From Octopus vulgaris (taxonomy: Eukaryota): a stretch of 64,000 bases of DNA. Below are positions 15,371 through 27,371 of the stretch, in pieces. Made by a program: the position numbers and the translations under genes. The DNA lies in NCBI GenBank assembly GCA_951406725.2, contig OX597815.1, positions 31,558,001 to 31,622,000 of the forward strand, given 5' to 3'. Numbering within the stretch: position 1 is the stretch's first letter; each line of letters opens with the position of its first letter. The notes under the pieces are model-generated. The model was not told where the DNA came from. It was given only the letters and a program-made list of their open reading frames with translations, and did no database searches.

Positions 15371-15841
15371 CTGAGACATGGGTTGGCAGAATATTGGAAT
15401 ACTGAATGCGATACATTGCGGAATCTATTTCGCTCTGGTGTACTATGCGTTCAAATCCCACTCTCTGTAAATGATAAAAGCATTATGCTGGCCATTCAAG
15501 ACCCGAAAAAATTATAGACTTGAGAATCTCTTCAACAAATATCTAAATTCTTGGGTATCGATTTCAGTTGATCTATCTCAATGGCAACACTACGACTGAA
15601 GGAGAGAATACAAGGTGATTTTTAAGTCCTCGGCACTCAGGGAGCAAAAGAACTACACACACATACACACACGTTTCGTGTATGCGTTATAGACAAGGCA
15701 CAAAAATGCAAAAACCTCGATGTCTATCGCTCCTGAATTTGAGCTGATGTGAGTTATCTCGCTTGTCTATGACATATAAGCGCACCCTACCCACGAACTA
15801 GCAAAGCACATACTTTGTTTATGTGTGTTCGATACTGTTTG

Positions 15842-15882
<41 letters not shown>

Positions 15883-15886
<4 letters not shown>

Positions 15887-16187
15887 AGGCCGCAATGGCC
15901 CAGTGGTTAGGGCAGCGGACTCGCGGTTGTAGGATCGCGGTTTTGATTCCCAGACCGGTCGTTGTGAGTGTTTATTGAGCGAAAACACCTAAAGCTCCAC
16001 GAGGCTTCGGCAGGAAGTGGTGGCGATCCCTGCTGTACTCATTCGCCACAACTTTCACTCTTTCTTCTGTTGGCCTGCTCGCTTAGCCAGCGGGGTGGCG
16101 TCATTTGAATGCTAAAACAGTGCGAAGCGTATTGTAACCAGCGATGTGTAGCAACATTTGGTAGCCTGGTCGGTCACGGTGATCACG

Positions 16188-16192
<5 letters not shown>
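15883..16192 (+). mobile_element. tRNA-headed SINE: family C head plus tail 2
   Basis: Same head as 11375 and 60477; tail ends CACGGTGATCACGGTGAT and is homologous to 61800-61915. Confidence 0.92.
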
Positions 16193-16278
<86 letters not shown>

Positions 16279-17241
16279 CAATGATAAAATGAACTGTACA
16301 AAGAATTGCTTCTCTCAAGAATGTGATAATTTACTTTGAGCTTGTTAGAGTAGAGAAATGAAACTTAACCTACTCTACGAATGATTATATAGTGTCGGAA
16401 CCTGCCTCCTTTAAATATAACAAACTCCACTAACTTTCGCAGCAAAGCGCCACTAGTACTATCCCAAATACCGCTACTAATTTATGGCACGAACTCTTAT
16501 CATCATTGTTTAAGCAAGTGGCGGTTTCTTTCATGTAAGCTGATATAAACAACCATAGATTATACTTATCGTCTTGAAACACATTTCAGTAAACGACACC
16601 AACGGTAATCAGTTCATAGAATTACTTATGGTGCGTAAGATATAGTTAGTTTATCCGAACTCTATCCTTTTATTTTACTTAACGGTTTTTCAGTCATCCT
16701 CAAGAGTATAAGAGGATTCGATCATAGCGCTGTATACTTTGAAATTGCATACCAATTTTCTATTCTGTGCTCCGGCATCATACCTCCCGTCCAATCCCGT
16801 TTCTTTATATCTTTCCTTTTCCTTTGTTATTATGCCAAGTAATAGAACTATTTTCAATTCTCAGTGGTTATAAGCCCATTAAAATATCTATTGCTAAGAA
16901 CATCACAATCTTTCTAAGATTCCAAGATAACGTTCCTATGTGAAAATTATTCATGATGATTGATAAGAAAGTTGGAGAAATGATATATATATATATATTT
17001 TGCAGTTGTCGTTATCATTGTCGCTGTCCTTGTTGTTATTGGTATTGTTGTCCCATCTCGTGTTTTAAGGTTTATTTTCGTCATTCGATAGAACAAAATT
17101 AGATATCTTTGTCATCCTGAACATCAGGAGAAGGAGCCTTTTCTGTTTCTATGGAGCTCAGGTGTCCACAAATTCCAGTCTAACACTCGACGGCGTTGTG
17201 AACAAATAAAATCCAAGCAAATGAGAAAGTGACTAAATGTA

Positions 17242-17293
<52 letters not shown>

Positions 17294-17865
17294 GGGAGAA
17301 AAGGGAGAGTACAGCCTTGTTTATCTTGCAGAGCTAGTTATACAAACAGCAAACCAGGAATGTATGATTCTTTTCCTGACAGTGTACGTATACTGTTATG
17401 TTTCTAGACTGTGTAATACAAATATGCAATGTTAAAATACACAGCACACTTCGTGTGTGTTTGTGTGTATAACTTTAACCATTAATCCATTTGGTATAGT
17501 ATTAATATATATGTGTGCGAGCATACACAAACATGTATACACCCAAATGTTTGTGTTTATTTGTATTTATCTATATAAGTTCAACCCATGCCAGCATGGA
17601 AACAGATTTTAAATGATGATGTTGGTGATGATATATATATAATGATTCACAATCAAGGTGCAGAAATGGTGTATTACGAATGAACAAGGTAATGTAATCC
17701 GATGATAGAACGAATTCCGCGAATTAGGTACTCTAAAGTCAGTCAGAGAGCCGGGGTCCATGTGAGCGTATGGTATATAGTAAATCCAAAAAAAAAACAA
17801 AAAAAAACGCGAGGACGTGGTACATGTAAAGTATCAGCAGACGCTCAGGGAAGGAAAGAAAGATG

Positions 17866-17901
17866 GTCTAACGTTTCGAGCAGACGCTCTTCTTCGGAAA
17901 C
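17866..17901 (-). ncRNA. Minimal type I hammerhead motif with mutated core (CCGAAGA)
   Basis: Inverted copy of 17974-18009 with U4 changed to C. Confidence 0.5.
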
Positions 17902-17973
17902 AGAGTAAAGTCCAAAAGAAGGGAAGACGGAGGAAGAAAATCCTCCGTCTTTCCTTCTATTGGACTTCCCTCT

Positions 17974-18009
17974 GTTTCTGAAGAAGAGCGTCTGCTCGAA
18001 ACGTTAGAC
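17974..18009 (+). ncRNA. Minimal type I hammerhead ribozyme motif
   Basis: GUUU-CUGAAGA-A-GAGC(GUCU)GCUC-GAA-ACGU-U-AGAC: core, 4-bp stem II, palindromic stem III, 4-bp stem I with one GU pair. Confidence 0.7.
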
Positions 18010-18099
18010 TTTCTTTCCTTCCCTGAACGTCTGCTAATACTGTACATGTATCGTGTCCTCGCGTTGTTGTTCTTTTGTGTTTGCTCTTCTTTTTTGATT

Positions 18100-18140
<41 letters not shown>

Positions 18141-18428
18141 CATGTATGTATGTGTATAATTATATATATGTACCTATTTATATATATATAATTATCAATC
18201 TACACAGACATATACAGACACACATATATGTATGTATAGGTTTGGGGGGGGATAGAGTGGAAGAAGGGTAATTATAAGGAAATGCACTTACAATAGTAAT
18301 ACGCAAGCCCTTCCTGCACACACACACACACACACACAACATACGCACCTGCATCTATATTTGAAGATGAGAGAAGTTTGTGTACATGAATTTCTCTTTG
18401 CATATATATGTGTCAGTATATATACATA

Positions 18429-18476
<48 letters not shown>

Positions 18477-18499
18477 AATATGTATATCTACATATGTAT

Positions 18500-18554
<55 letters not shown>

Positions 18555-19350
18555 TCAGTGTCGTCTAAAAGTTGTCTGCTGTACAAGATACCTGTATGTG
18601 TCAGTTATACGAACTAAAAAATTAATGACCATAAACTGTCAAAAATGAAGTCCATTACATTGGGCGAAGTTTCTCAAACCATCTTCAAATAGAGATAGAA
18701 ATTTATATTGTACGCGTATTGAACTGGTCTTGATCTGAGTGAACCTCCTATTACGACATCATACCAACTAAAACTCACCGCACATGACAGCTACCTGACA
18801 CGTATGTACAGTCTAAAGGTCCTTCACTTGAGTGTCCAAGTAAATGACGTTTTTACATTGTTCTGATCACAAAGACGATCTCTGGTTCTTCATATTCAAC
18901 AAAACCAGTTATTTCCAACACAGGCGATGAGGTCTCTGTAAGGGATTCTTTTCATAGTATGTCAGCAGATGTAAGCAGAAGTTTATTTCAGGAGAGTGTA
19001 TGGTTATCTATGGGGTTTTTTGGTTTGTTTGTGTTGGTATGTGATGGTGGTAGCGTTTATTTATTTGATAATAGATATGTGAATATGCATATTCAGCTTG
19101 GGAATATTTCATGTGTTTGTATGTGTGTACCTGTTATGTATATTTAAGTATATATGCAAGTGTAAAGTATATATGAATGTGTAAAGTATATATGTGAAGT
19201 ATATATCTATATGTAAATAAAAAATATATATGTGTGTATGTTTATATATTTATATGTATATATATATATTCATATATACATATATACGTATATAAATATT
19301 GGTATATATATATATAGGTAAATACATATATGCATACACATATATGTGTG

Positions 19351-19381
<31 letters not shown>

Positions 19382-19693
19382 AATATATACATATATATAC
19401 ACATATATATATATATACATATATATATATTTATATACATATATATATATACGTATATAAATATACATATACATACGTATATATAGATATATATATATAT
19501 TATTTATATCTATATTATATGATCGAACGCCACACATCCCTTTCCAAGTAAGTTTTATCTTAATAATTACGATGCGCACTCTTCTACCTTTACTATCTCT
19601 TCTCTGTCCATCTCTCTCCTTCTCTTGTTCTTCATCCTTTCTGGTTTTCTCTCCCACCCTTCCCTATTCTTCTCCTCTCCTCTTCACCATCCT

Positions 19694-19732
<39 letters not shown>

Positions 19733-20219
19733 CCTCCTCCTCGACTCTCTCGTCGCTGACACGTGACGAAAGATAATTTGTCTTTCTGCCCACAACCTTT
19801 GTAAAGAAAAAATGTGCTTATACTGTGTCCTTTATAAGCCCGTCTTCCTCGCGTTCATAATAATTTTTCTATCGACTTATCTTAACAGCCCTTACCGTTC
19901 GCTTTTACTGTTTTGTTCTCACTGTCCTGTTCTTGTTACTACTTTTACCCTCCGCAAAAATTTCCAAATTTTATTTAATTTATTTGCCGGGGGGGGGGAC
20001 TGTTTCAACGAAATCACGTCTTGTCCTTGCCTTCGTGGCGCGGAGTAGATGAAACAGGGACAACTGAAAACGGGGAATATTATTTATGTTGCATGTCTCG
20101 TTTCTCTGTTGGTTTTTTCTTTGTTCGAAAAAAAGTTCGTTTCTATGTGTTTGCTTTTATGTTTTCATATCTCATTGTGTTCAAACGTTTTTTTGATGAT
20201 GTCCTGTACCCATATATGC

Positions 20220-20270
<51 letters not shown>

Positions 20271-20427
20271 AGTATGTACATATATGTATGTATATATGCA
20301 TATATTTATATATTATTATTTGTATATATACGTATATACGCATGTCTATGTACATATACGTATATTCGTATGTCTATGTATAATATACGTATATATGATG
20401 TATGTGTGTGTATATCTATATATATAT

Positions 20428-20481
<54 letters not shown>

Positions 20482-20647
20482 GCAAAAAATGGAGAAATCA
20501 TGTGTGGGATATTGTGCATGTAAAATTATGTAAATGTAATGATAAACGGAAATGGACATCAAATAGTATATGTGTAAATATACCATTTGTGAGACGCGTG
20601 TAAAAAGTCATGTGAAATATTCACGTAATAAAAATTAATGTAATGCT

Positions 20648-20945
20648 GCCGTTCTCAACCATTTTTTATCTATAGACCCTTTTGATTCCTATTTTATTGT
20701 GGTGGACCTCGATAGCCATTGGATGTTTTGAAAACTAGTTTTATAGATACTTCTTTCAAAATTTCTCTTTGCTTTTCACACATTAATCTCTGTAAGCTGA
20801 ACTATGTAAAACGTTAGAGAAAGAAATCGAGCTGTTTATTGCAATAAATACATTTAAAGGGACATTTTTTCGTGGATCCTTAAAATATTACTGCCGAACC
20901 CCAATTTGCTATTTTGCTTGTGTGGCCCCCATCAGAGGTCATATA
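20648..20945. mobile_element. Decayed hAT/Charlie-like MITE
   Basis: GTTCTCAACC start; homologous to 25718-25815. Confidence 0.55.
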
Positions 20946-20997
20946 GATGTAAAGGAAGCATGGAAATTACTGTGTAAGTTCATGCTTGTATTTGTTT

Positions 20998-21038
<41 letters not shown>

Positions 21039-21058
21039 ATATACATATGTGTGTGTGC

Positions 21059-21099
<41 letters not shown>

Positions 21100-21725
21100 C
21101 CATATGTGTGTGTTTTATGTTGTTATCAGCCTTTGTCAATTCTCCTACTGAAGAAAGCCTCACCAAGTTGTTGCTTGTTTTGTTGGCGTCTCTCTTTATG
21201 TTACCAAATGACAGCAGTTCAGTTTTCGCCAATCTCACTGAACCGATTCATTTATTATCATTCCTTTTTTCTTTCTGTTTTTTTTTACCATCATTTCTCA
21301 TAACATTCTAAATCATCTAACTAGATTCATTCCTCTTATACTATACGTTTGATAAAGACATTATGTGAAGTAACAAAAATCAATGAAAATTGATCTAAAA
21401 ATTTGTCTAAAACATTGAACAGCAATAATAAAATGGTCATAACGTTCAGTCTGTGCGCTTCAGCTCAGTCATAAACATAATGCTTCATAGAAGGCAGAAG
21501 GTTTTAAAGGAAAACACTCATTTAACTACTTCACAACTTTACCCTGTATGTCATTGTACATATGGCCTTGAGCTGGAATACCCTCATCTAATGTAAGATT
21601 TTTCAACAAACATTCATCGTTAGCTACTGACATGAAATCCATGGTAGCCTGCTTCTGAATACTTGTGTCATAGCCATTAATATGAAAATACTAATTCAGT
21701 ATTCATTTCAACCGAGTTCTCACAG

Positions 21726-21780
<55 letters not shown>

Positions 21781-21924
21781 CAGCCGAAATTGCGAAGATG
21801 ATCCGGTTCTTGACTGAAGATTGAAGGCTTCGAATGTCCCGTCCGTGTTTTTTGTGTCGTCTTCTAAATGTTTCACGTTCTTGTCCCAGTTTGTATTTTT
21901 TTACTTTTACATATATATATATAT

Positions 21925-21967
<43 letters not shown>

Positions 21968-22015
21968 TGTATTTGCATAGCAAGTGACCTGATCTGAAAT
22001 CGTGTGCTGGGACGA

Positions 22016-22173
22016 AAACAATTGCAGTGTGGAAGGTGTTTATAAACCATTTAAAAACACACAAAAACAGTTAGATTCACTTCAACATTTAAATTTAATT
22101 TAAATGTTGAAGTGAATCTAACGTTTTTTGTGTGTTTCTTAAAAGGCTTATAAATACCTTCCACGCTGCAATT

Positions 22174-22177
<4 letters not shown>
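22016..22177. repeat. 162-bp imperfect palindrome abutting (TA)n
   Basis: AAACAATTGCAG...CTGCAATTGTTT; the inner 26-bp arms are perfect around a single T at 22096. Confidence 0.92.
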
Positions 22178-22215
<38 letters not shown>

Positions 22216-22230
22216 AAATGTTATCGCCAG

Positions 22231-22579
22231 GCAGTGTTTAGGCATAACAAAAAAATTAGGTTAGTTAAAATATGTTTGTGACATATTTCAACTGCTGAAC
22301 GGCAAATACACTGCAGTTACCATGGAGAAATATCTCTTATGGTAAAAAGGTGTGAAAACACCCGGTTTGTTCAATGTCGCTTTCTATCATGAATCCCAAA
22401 CATCGATGTTTCGAGTTTATTGACTCTTGTCAATGGGATGTACCTAAGAGAGGCAACTCTGAACAAATTTATAAAACAATAGCTTTATTTAAAAATCAGT
22501 CAACAACCTTGACTGATTTGCAGTGTTTAGGTTTAAGCAAAATTAAGCTTAGTTAGAATATGTTTGTGACATATTTCAA
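22231..22579 (-). mobile_element. Terminally redundant ~289-bp unit carrying a hammerhead (retrozyme / Penelope pLTR-like)
   Basis: ~60-bp imperfect direct repeats at 22231-22291 and 22520-22579 (GCAGTGTTTAGG...TATGTTTGTGACATATTTCAA) flank the ribozyme. Confidence 0.65.
22393..22439 (-). ncRNA. Type I hammerhead ribozyme (U3:A8 core variant, GUU cleavage site)
   Basis: RNA AUCCCA-UUGACAA-GAGU(CAAUAA)ACUC-GAA-ACAUCGAUGU-U-UGGGAU: perfect 6-bp stem I, 4-bp stem II, 10-nt palindromic stem III. Confidence 0.85.
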
Positions 22580-22589
22580 ATGAGTAAGC

Positions 22590-22710
22590 TACCTTTGGCC
22601 CGACGAGTAGCTAGCACATTACTCCTCGTTTGGGTAAGTACTACTTCCGAGGTTCTGCAAGCTATGAAACATGTAGCCTGGATTTTATCTACTCCATTCC
22701 CTAATTTTGG
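22590..22710. mobile_element. Diverged solo arm of the MITE at 24665-25023
   Basis: ACTTCCGAGGTTCTGCAAGCTATGAAACATGTAGCCTGGATTTTATC aligns to 24953-25001. Confidence 0.65.
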
Positions 22711-22939
22711 ATATATATATATATAAAGCAAATAGTGATAGTTTGAAATCATTTGATACGTAAGTTTCACGTCTGCATAATGCATAATAGGAAATGGTTT
22801 CATACGATTCGATGTCAGTGCAAGCTAATCGCTCTAGAATCCACTTATGTGTCTATTCTAAGAACGATTTGGAGTAGTTTGTTATAATTGATTCGAGTCG
22901 AAAATTCTAATACGGTGCACAGCTTCTTAGAGTAAAAGA

Positions 22940-23008
<69 letters not shown>

Positions 23009-23388
23009 GATAAATAGATAGATAGATAGATATCAATATACCATTTGCTTTAGCAAATGTTTATTTCATATACTATATAATTTTCTTTCCCAAACTGTTC
23101 GAAGTCCGTTGGGTGAACCTATAATTTTTTTGTTTCCCGTGACGTTAAGAGGATGAGGGCGATATTATTCATGGCCAGTGCATCAGTCTATTGCATCCAG
23201 TAACTCAGTGGAGTGATAAAAGAAATCTGTAGAATATACCGAACCTAAGTGAAAAATCATGAAGACATTTTAATCTAACAGAAAGTCGTGAATACATACG
23301 TAAGTACATGCGTGCACATTTAGATAGATAGACAGATACATACATACATACATACATACATACATACATACATACATACATACATACA

Positions 23389-23419
<31 letters not shown>

Positions 23420-24409
23420 GTGCATATATGCACTCGAACAAATAATTTGGTATCGTCAAAAGGTTTTTTTCCCCCTTTTGTAGTTGACTTGTATTCAGTT
23501 TCAAAGTGAAACAAAAAAGAAACACATTAAGTAAATTATATGAATACCTACCTATGCATAACCTTGAAGTATATATTTCACAGATATCTTTCGACGATAC
23601 AAGTATTATCTTGCATGTAAAGGATACATACACTATTTTAACCCCATTAAAACATCGATATAAAGCACTTCAGAACTCTTTAATCAGTAGATTGAATTCT
23701 CTGCCAAAAAATACAGGCAACAATTTAATATCATAACACAAACATAACAAGTAGAGTAATTACCTTAGTAAAGTTCTTTGATACATAGCTGCAATATCAT
23801 CTCACAAATCTCTTTTAATAATAAAACAATTACTGAAAGCAAACGATCAAAGTTAAATCACTATATCTTCAGTTATTGTCCTGGGAGCCATGTCTTTGTA
23901 CTGAGATCTGCTAGGTAATGACGTTTCCGGAGTTTCTCGTACAGAAAACTACGCAAGCTGATGTTGCAACAGAGGTTCAATTTTCAACTAAAACCATATT
24001 TTTTTTTTTTTCTATTTACGCCGCAAAATGAATATCACAGATTCCTGGAAGTTCATTTGAGGTTCTTACACCTACGAGAAATTTCAGCAAATTTCTCTAA
24101 TTTCACAGCTTACGTCATGAAAAAAAGAAGAGAAATACACATTGAATCATATGATTCTATATGAAGTGTCTGGAAAAGTCGAATACCTTTTTTTCCTTTT
24201 GTGTTTTAGAAAAGGGGGCAGCGGTCTTACTTTTTTCGAGGGCCTCCGAGACTAGGTAAGAAAGGATCTGATGAAATTTTCTATAAAACAAAAACCTAGA
24301 TCGAACGCTTGCAACGAAGTGACTACGAAAAGCACCCAAGGACGAGGTCGTGATCTTCCCCAAATGAGCAAATGCACTGTAGGTAACTGTATGTGTGTGT
24401 GTATCTGTC

Positions 24410-24445
<36 letters not shown>

Positions 24446-24664
24446 CTTACACACGCGCACACACACGTGTATATATGATCCAATGATCGAGGTGTATGAA
24501 GAAAATTTGCTTCAAGCAAACCGTAGTGAATATAAAAAAATAACTTTCAGGAACAATAGTGGTTTATTGAGACGGAAGGCTGTGGATCTTTTTTCTTATC
24601 GAAGTACGATAAATTGAAAAAAGTTCTGTTTTCAACCAGGGTTGCCGGGTATGCGAATAAGAAT

Positions 24665-25023
24665 ACTAGAGTTAAGGAATGATGCAGATAAGATCAGGGC
24701 TACATATATTTCATAGCGAGCGGAACCTCGGAAGTGGTATATATCGAAGCAAGGTGTATACCGTAGGCTACTCTTTAGGCCAAGAATATCTTGATTAATT
24801 GAAAGTTTACATTGTCGCAAGGAGGTACATGTTCACACTTTGGAAGATTCAATCAGAATGTGCCTCCTTGCGACAGTGGTAAGTTTCATTTAATCAAGGT
24901 ATCCTTGGCTTGAAGAATAGCCTGCGGTATACACTTCACCTGGATATTTACCACTTCCGAAGTTCCGCTCGCTATGAAGCATATGTAACCCGGATCTTAT
25001 CAACTCTATTCCTTAACTCTTGT
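24665..25023. mobile_element. Long-TIR MITE / fold-back element (~165-bp arms)
   Basis: AGAGTTAAGGAAT...TGTCGCAAGGAGGTACAT pairs with ATGTGCCTCCTTGCGACA...ATTCCTTAACTCT; short central spacer. Confidence 0.88.
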
Positions 25024-25027
25024 GTGA

Positions 25028-25079
<52 letters not shown>

Positions 25080-25717
25080 TTATATATGTATATATAAACA
25101 ATTTATAAGTTGTGTCTATTTTCGGTATATTTTGGCATTAGAAAGTTTTTTCTTTTGCCCTTACTTATAAATTGTTTATAAATTTAACCTGTAAAGGTAT
25201 TTTTTAATATGTTGGCCATTGATAGAATTTGTTTCGAAAAATTTGATCCTAAATTAGATGTATATATATATATGGTACAGAGAGAGATGCTGGTGTATAT
25301 ACATAAATAACAAATTACTAATAGTGAAATTGTCCGTAACTTGCCGGTTAATTAGACAGCTTGAATAGAAATCAAATCACACAGTTTGAAGCGCACGCGC
25401 ACACTTACAAGCTGACGCATACGCATGCGCTTATACATCAATACAAACCTTGTGTGCGCGTATGTATTGCAAATATTCTTATGATAACGTGCACACGCTT
25501 GGTGTGCGCTTCCGTGTATATATCAGTTTATTATTGTTACAACTGTTGATATTGTTGTAAGGCGAAGTTATTCTTACTCTCATCATCATCAACATCATCA
25601 CTGTCATCGTTGTTATCTTTGATGATATATGTTAGATTTTCTGAGAAGAATAAGGAGGAAAGATTTGACTCTTGAACTGTTTTATGTGTGTAAGGGTTAA
25701 AATTTCATTGGTTTACA

Positions 25718-25815
25718 GCAGTGTTTCTCAATAATTTTTTTTTTTCCTATGGCCCCCTCTGATTTCTGTTTTGGTCGGTTGGGCCCTCATAGGCAATCGA
25801 TGTTTTAAGAATCCT
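25718..25815. mobile_element. hAT-like MITE fragment
   Basis: CAGTGTTTCTCAA terminus; homologous to the 20648 copy. Confidence 0.5.
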
Positions 25816-25982
25816 ATCAGCTACTATAACAGCACTCATATGAATGAGAAAAGAAGGGGTGATAGATGAATAAGGAAAGGGTGACGGCAAACTGGTTGTG
25901 GAAGCGTTTCAACTCTGTGTGAGTATATGTGTATGTGTATGTAAAAGGAAGGTATGTGAATGTGTGTGTGTATGTGTGTGTG

Positions 25983-26014
<32 letters not shown>

Positions 26015-26296
26015 CAACGGAAGTGGGATAGTGAACATTCAACGCCGAGAAGAAAGATCAAACAGCATTTCAACTCCATGTGAGTATATGTGTACAAGGG
26101 ATGTATATGAATATTTGTGTGTGTGAACCAGCATTCTTTCAGTAACAAACGATGATCGATGTCACATCTCAAAAGACAACCACTAGATAACAATGTACAA
26201 ATTTGATTTACCATTCATATTTACATATAAAATACTACAATTAGCCGTTATTTTTGATGGCACGGGGCCAGCTAGTATTTTTATAATTAGATATTG

Positions 26297-26396
26297 ATTT
26301 CGAATTTTGGCACAAGGCCAGCAAGTCCAGGGGAAGGTGTAAGTCGATTATATCGACCCCAGTACTCAACTGGTACTTATTTTATCAACCCCTGAA
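26297..26396 (-). mobile_element. Family A SINE 3' fragment (older tail subtype)
   Basis: TTTTGGCACAAGGCCA...TCGACCCCAGT...TGGTACTTATTTTATC; similar to 38098-38205 and 51835-51940. Confidence 0.75.
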
Positions 26397-26800
26397 AAAC
26401 TCTACGGACATTTACGGATTTTAAGTTACATCATCAGTAAAGAGATCCATTATCGTTTTATAATAGTAATCTGATAGCCGATACCCGCGGATGGGCTTCG
26501 TAAAGCAAAATCATCGGTTGAAACCCAAATTTATATTGCAGTTCAAGCCAGCGTTTGACTGACTGAACCAAACTTAACACACGTAGTACATACCTATTAC
26601 ATGAGGTCAGTTGACGAAAACTACTTGAACATTCTCTCTCTCTCTCTCCTTCTCTCTCTCTCTATTGCTCTCTCTTTCACCTACTCTTTCTCCCTCTCAC
26701 GCTTGTTCTCTCTCTCGCTCCCACTCCCCCTCGCCTTCTCTCCCGAGTGTCAAACATACAGCTGCTTGTTCATACATCTGTCTTCGGCTTTTGTTTTTCT

Positions 26801-26955
26801 GAGTGGCTGTGTGGTAAGTAGCTTGCTTACCAACCACATGGTTCCGGGTTCAGGCCCACTGCGTGGCACCTTGGGCAAGTGTCTTCTACTATAACCTCGG
26901 GCCGCCAAAGCCTTGTGAGTGGATTTGGTAGACGGAAACTGAAAGAAGCCCGTCG

Positions 26956-26986
<31 letters not shown>

Positions 26987-27220
26987 TGTGTGTGTGTGTG
27001 TGTGTGTGTGTCTGTGTTTGTGTGTCTGTGTTTGTCCCCCCAACATGGCTTGACAACCTGTGCTGGTGTGTTTACGTCCCCGTAACTTAGCGGTTCGGCA
27101 AAAGAGAAAGATAGAATAAGTACTAGGCTTACAAGTCCTGGGGTCGATTTGCTCGGCTAAAGGCGGTGCTCCAGCATGGCCACAGTCAAATGACTGAAAC
27201 AAGTAAAAGAGTAAAAGAGT
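26801..27220 (+). mobile_element. Full-length family B SINE with internal (TA)/(TG) microsatellite
   Basis: Head TGGCTGTGTGGTAAG...GGTTCAGGCCC, CCTTGGGCAAGTG core, tail ...AATGACTGAAACAAGTAAAAGAG; many copies in the window. Confidence 0.92.
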
Positions 27221-27233
27221 ATATATATATATA

Positions 27234-27335
27234 TATAGCTATTTCTTCTACTAAAAGGGAGATCTCAGCAAAAACACAGCATTTCTCCCTTTTAGTAGAA
27301 GAAATAGCTATAATCTCTTTGACTGCTATTTCTAA

Positions 27336-27340
<5 letters not shown>
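27234..27340. repeat. TA-flanked hairpin (29-bp perfect arms) derived from the repeat at 43670-44040
   Basis: TATAGCTATTTCTTCTACTAAAAGGGAGA / TCTCCCTTTTAGTAGAAGAAATAGCTATA; 27323-27338 is the reverse complement of 43882-43897. Confidence 0.85.

Positions 27341-27371
<31 letters not shown>

Larger units (their letters stand above)
17774..18108. mobile_element. TA-flanked fold-back element (~335-bp imperfect palindrome), probably derived from a Penelope terminal repeat
   Basis: Arms pair from TATAGTAAATC to GATTTACTATA with the loop at ~17935-17940; each arm carries a hammerhead motif. Confidence 0.85.

Noticed and set aside
21805-21845. Hammerhead-like CTGAAGATTGAAGGCTTCGAATGTC
   Set aside because: It lacks GAAA and stem III, and stem I does not pair
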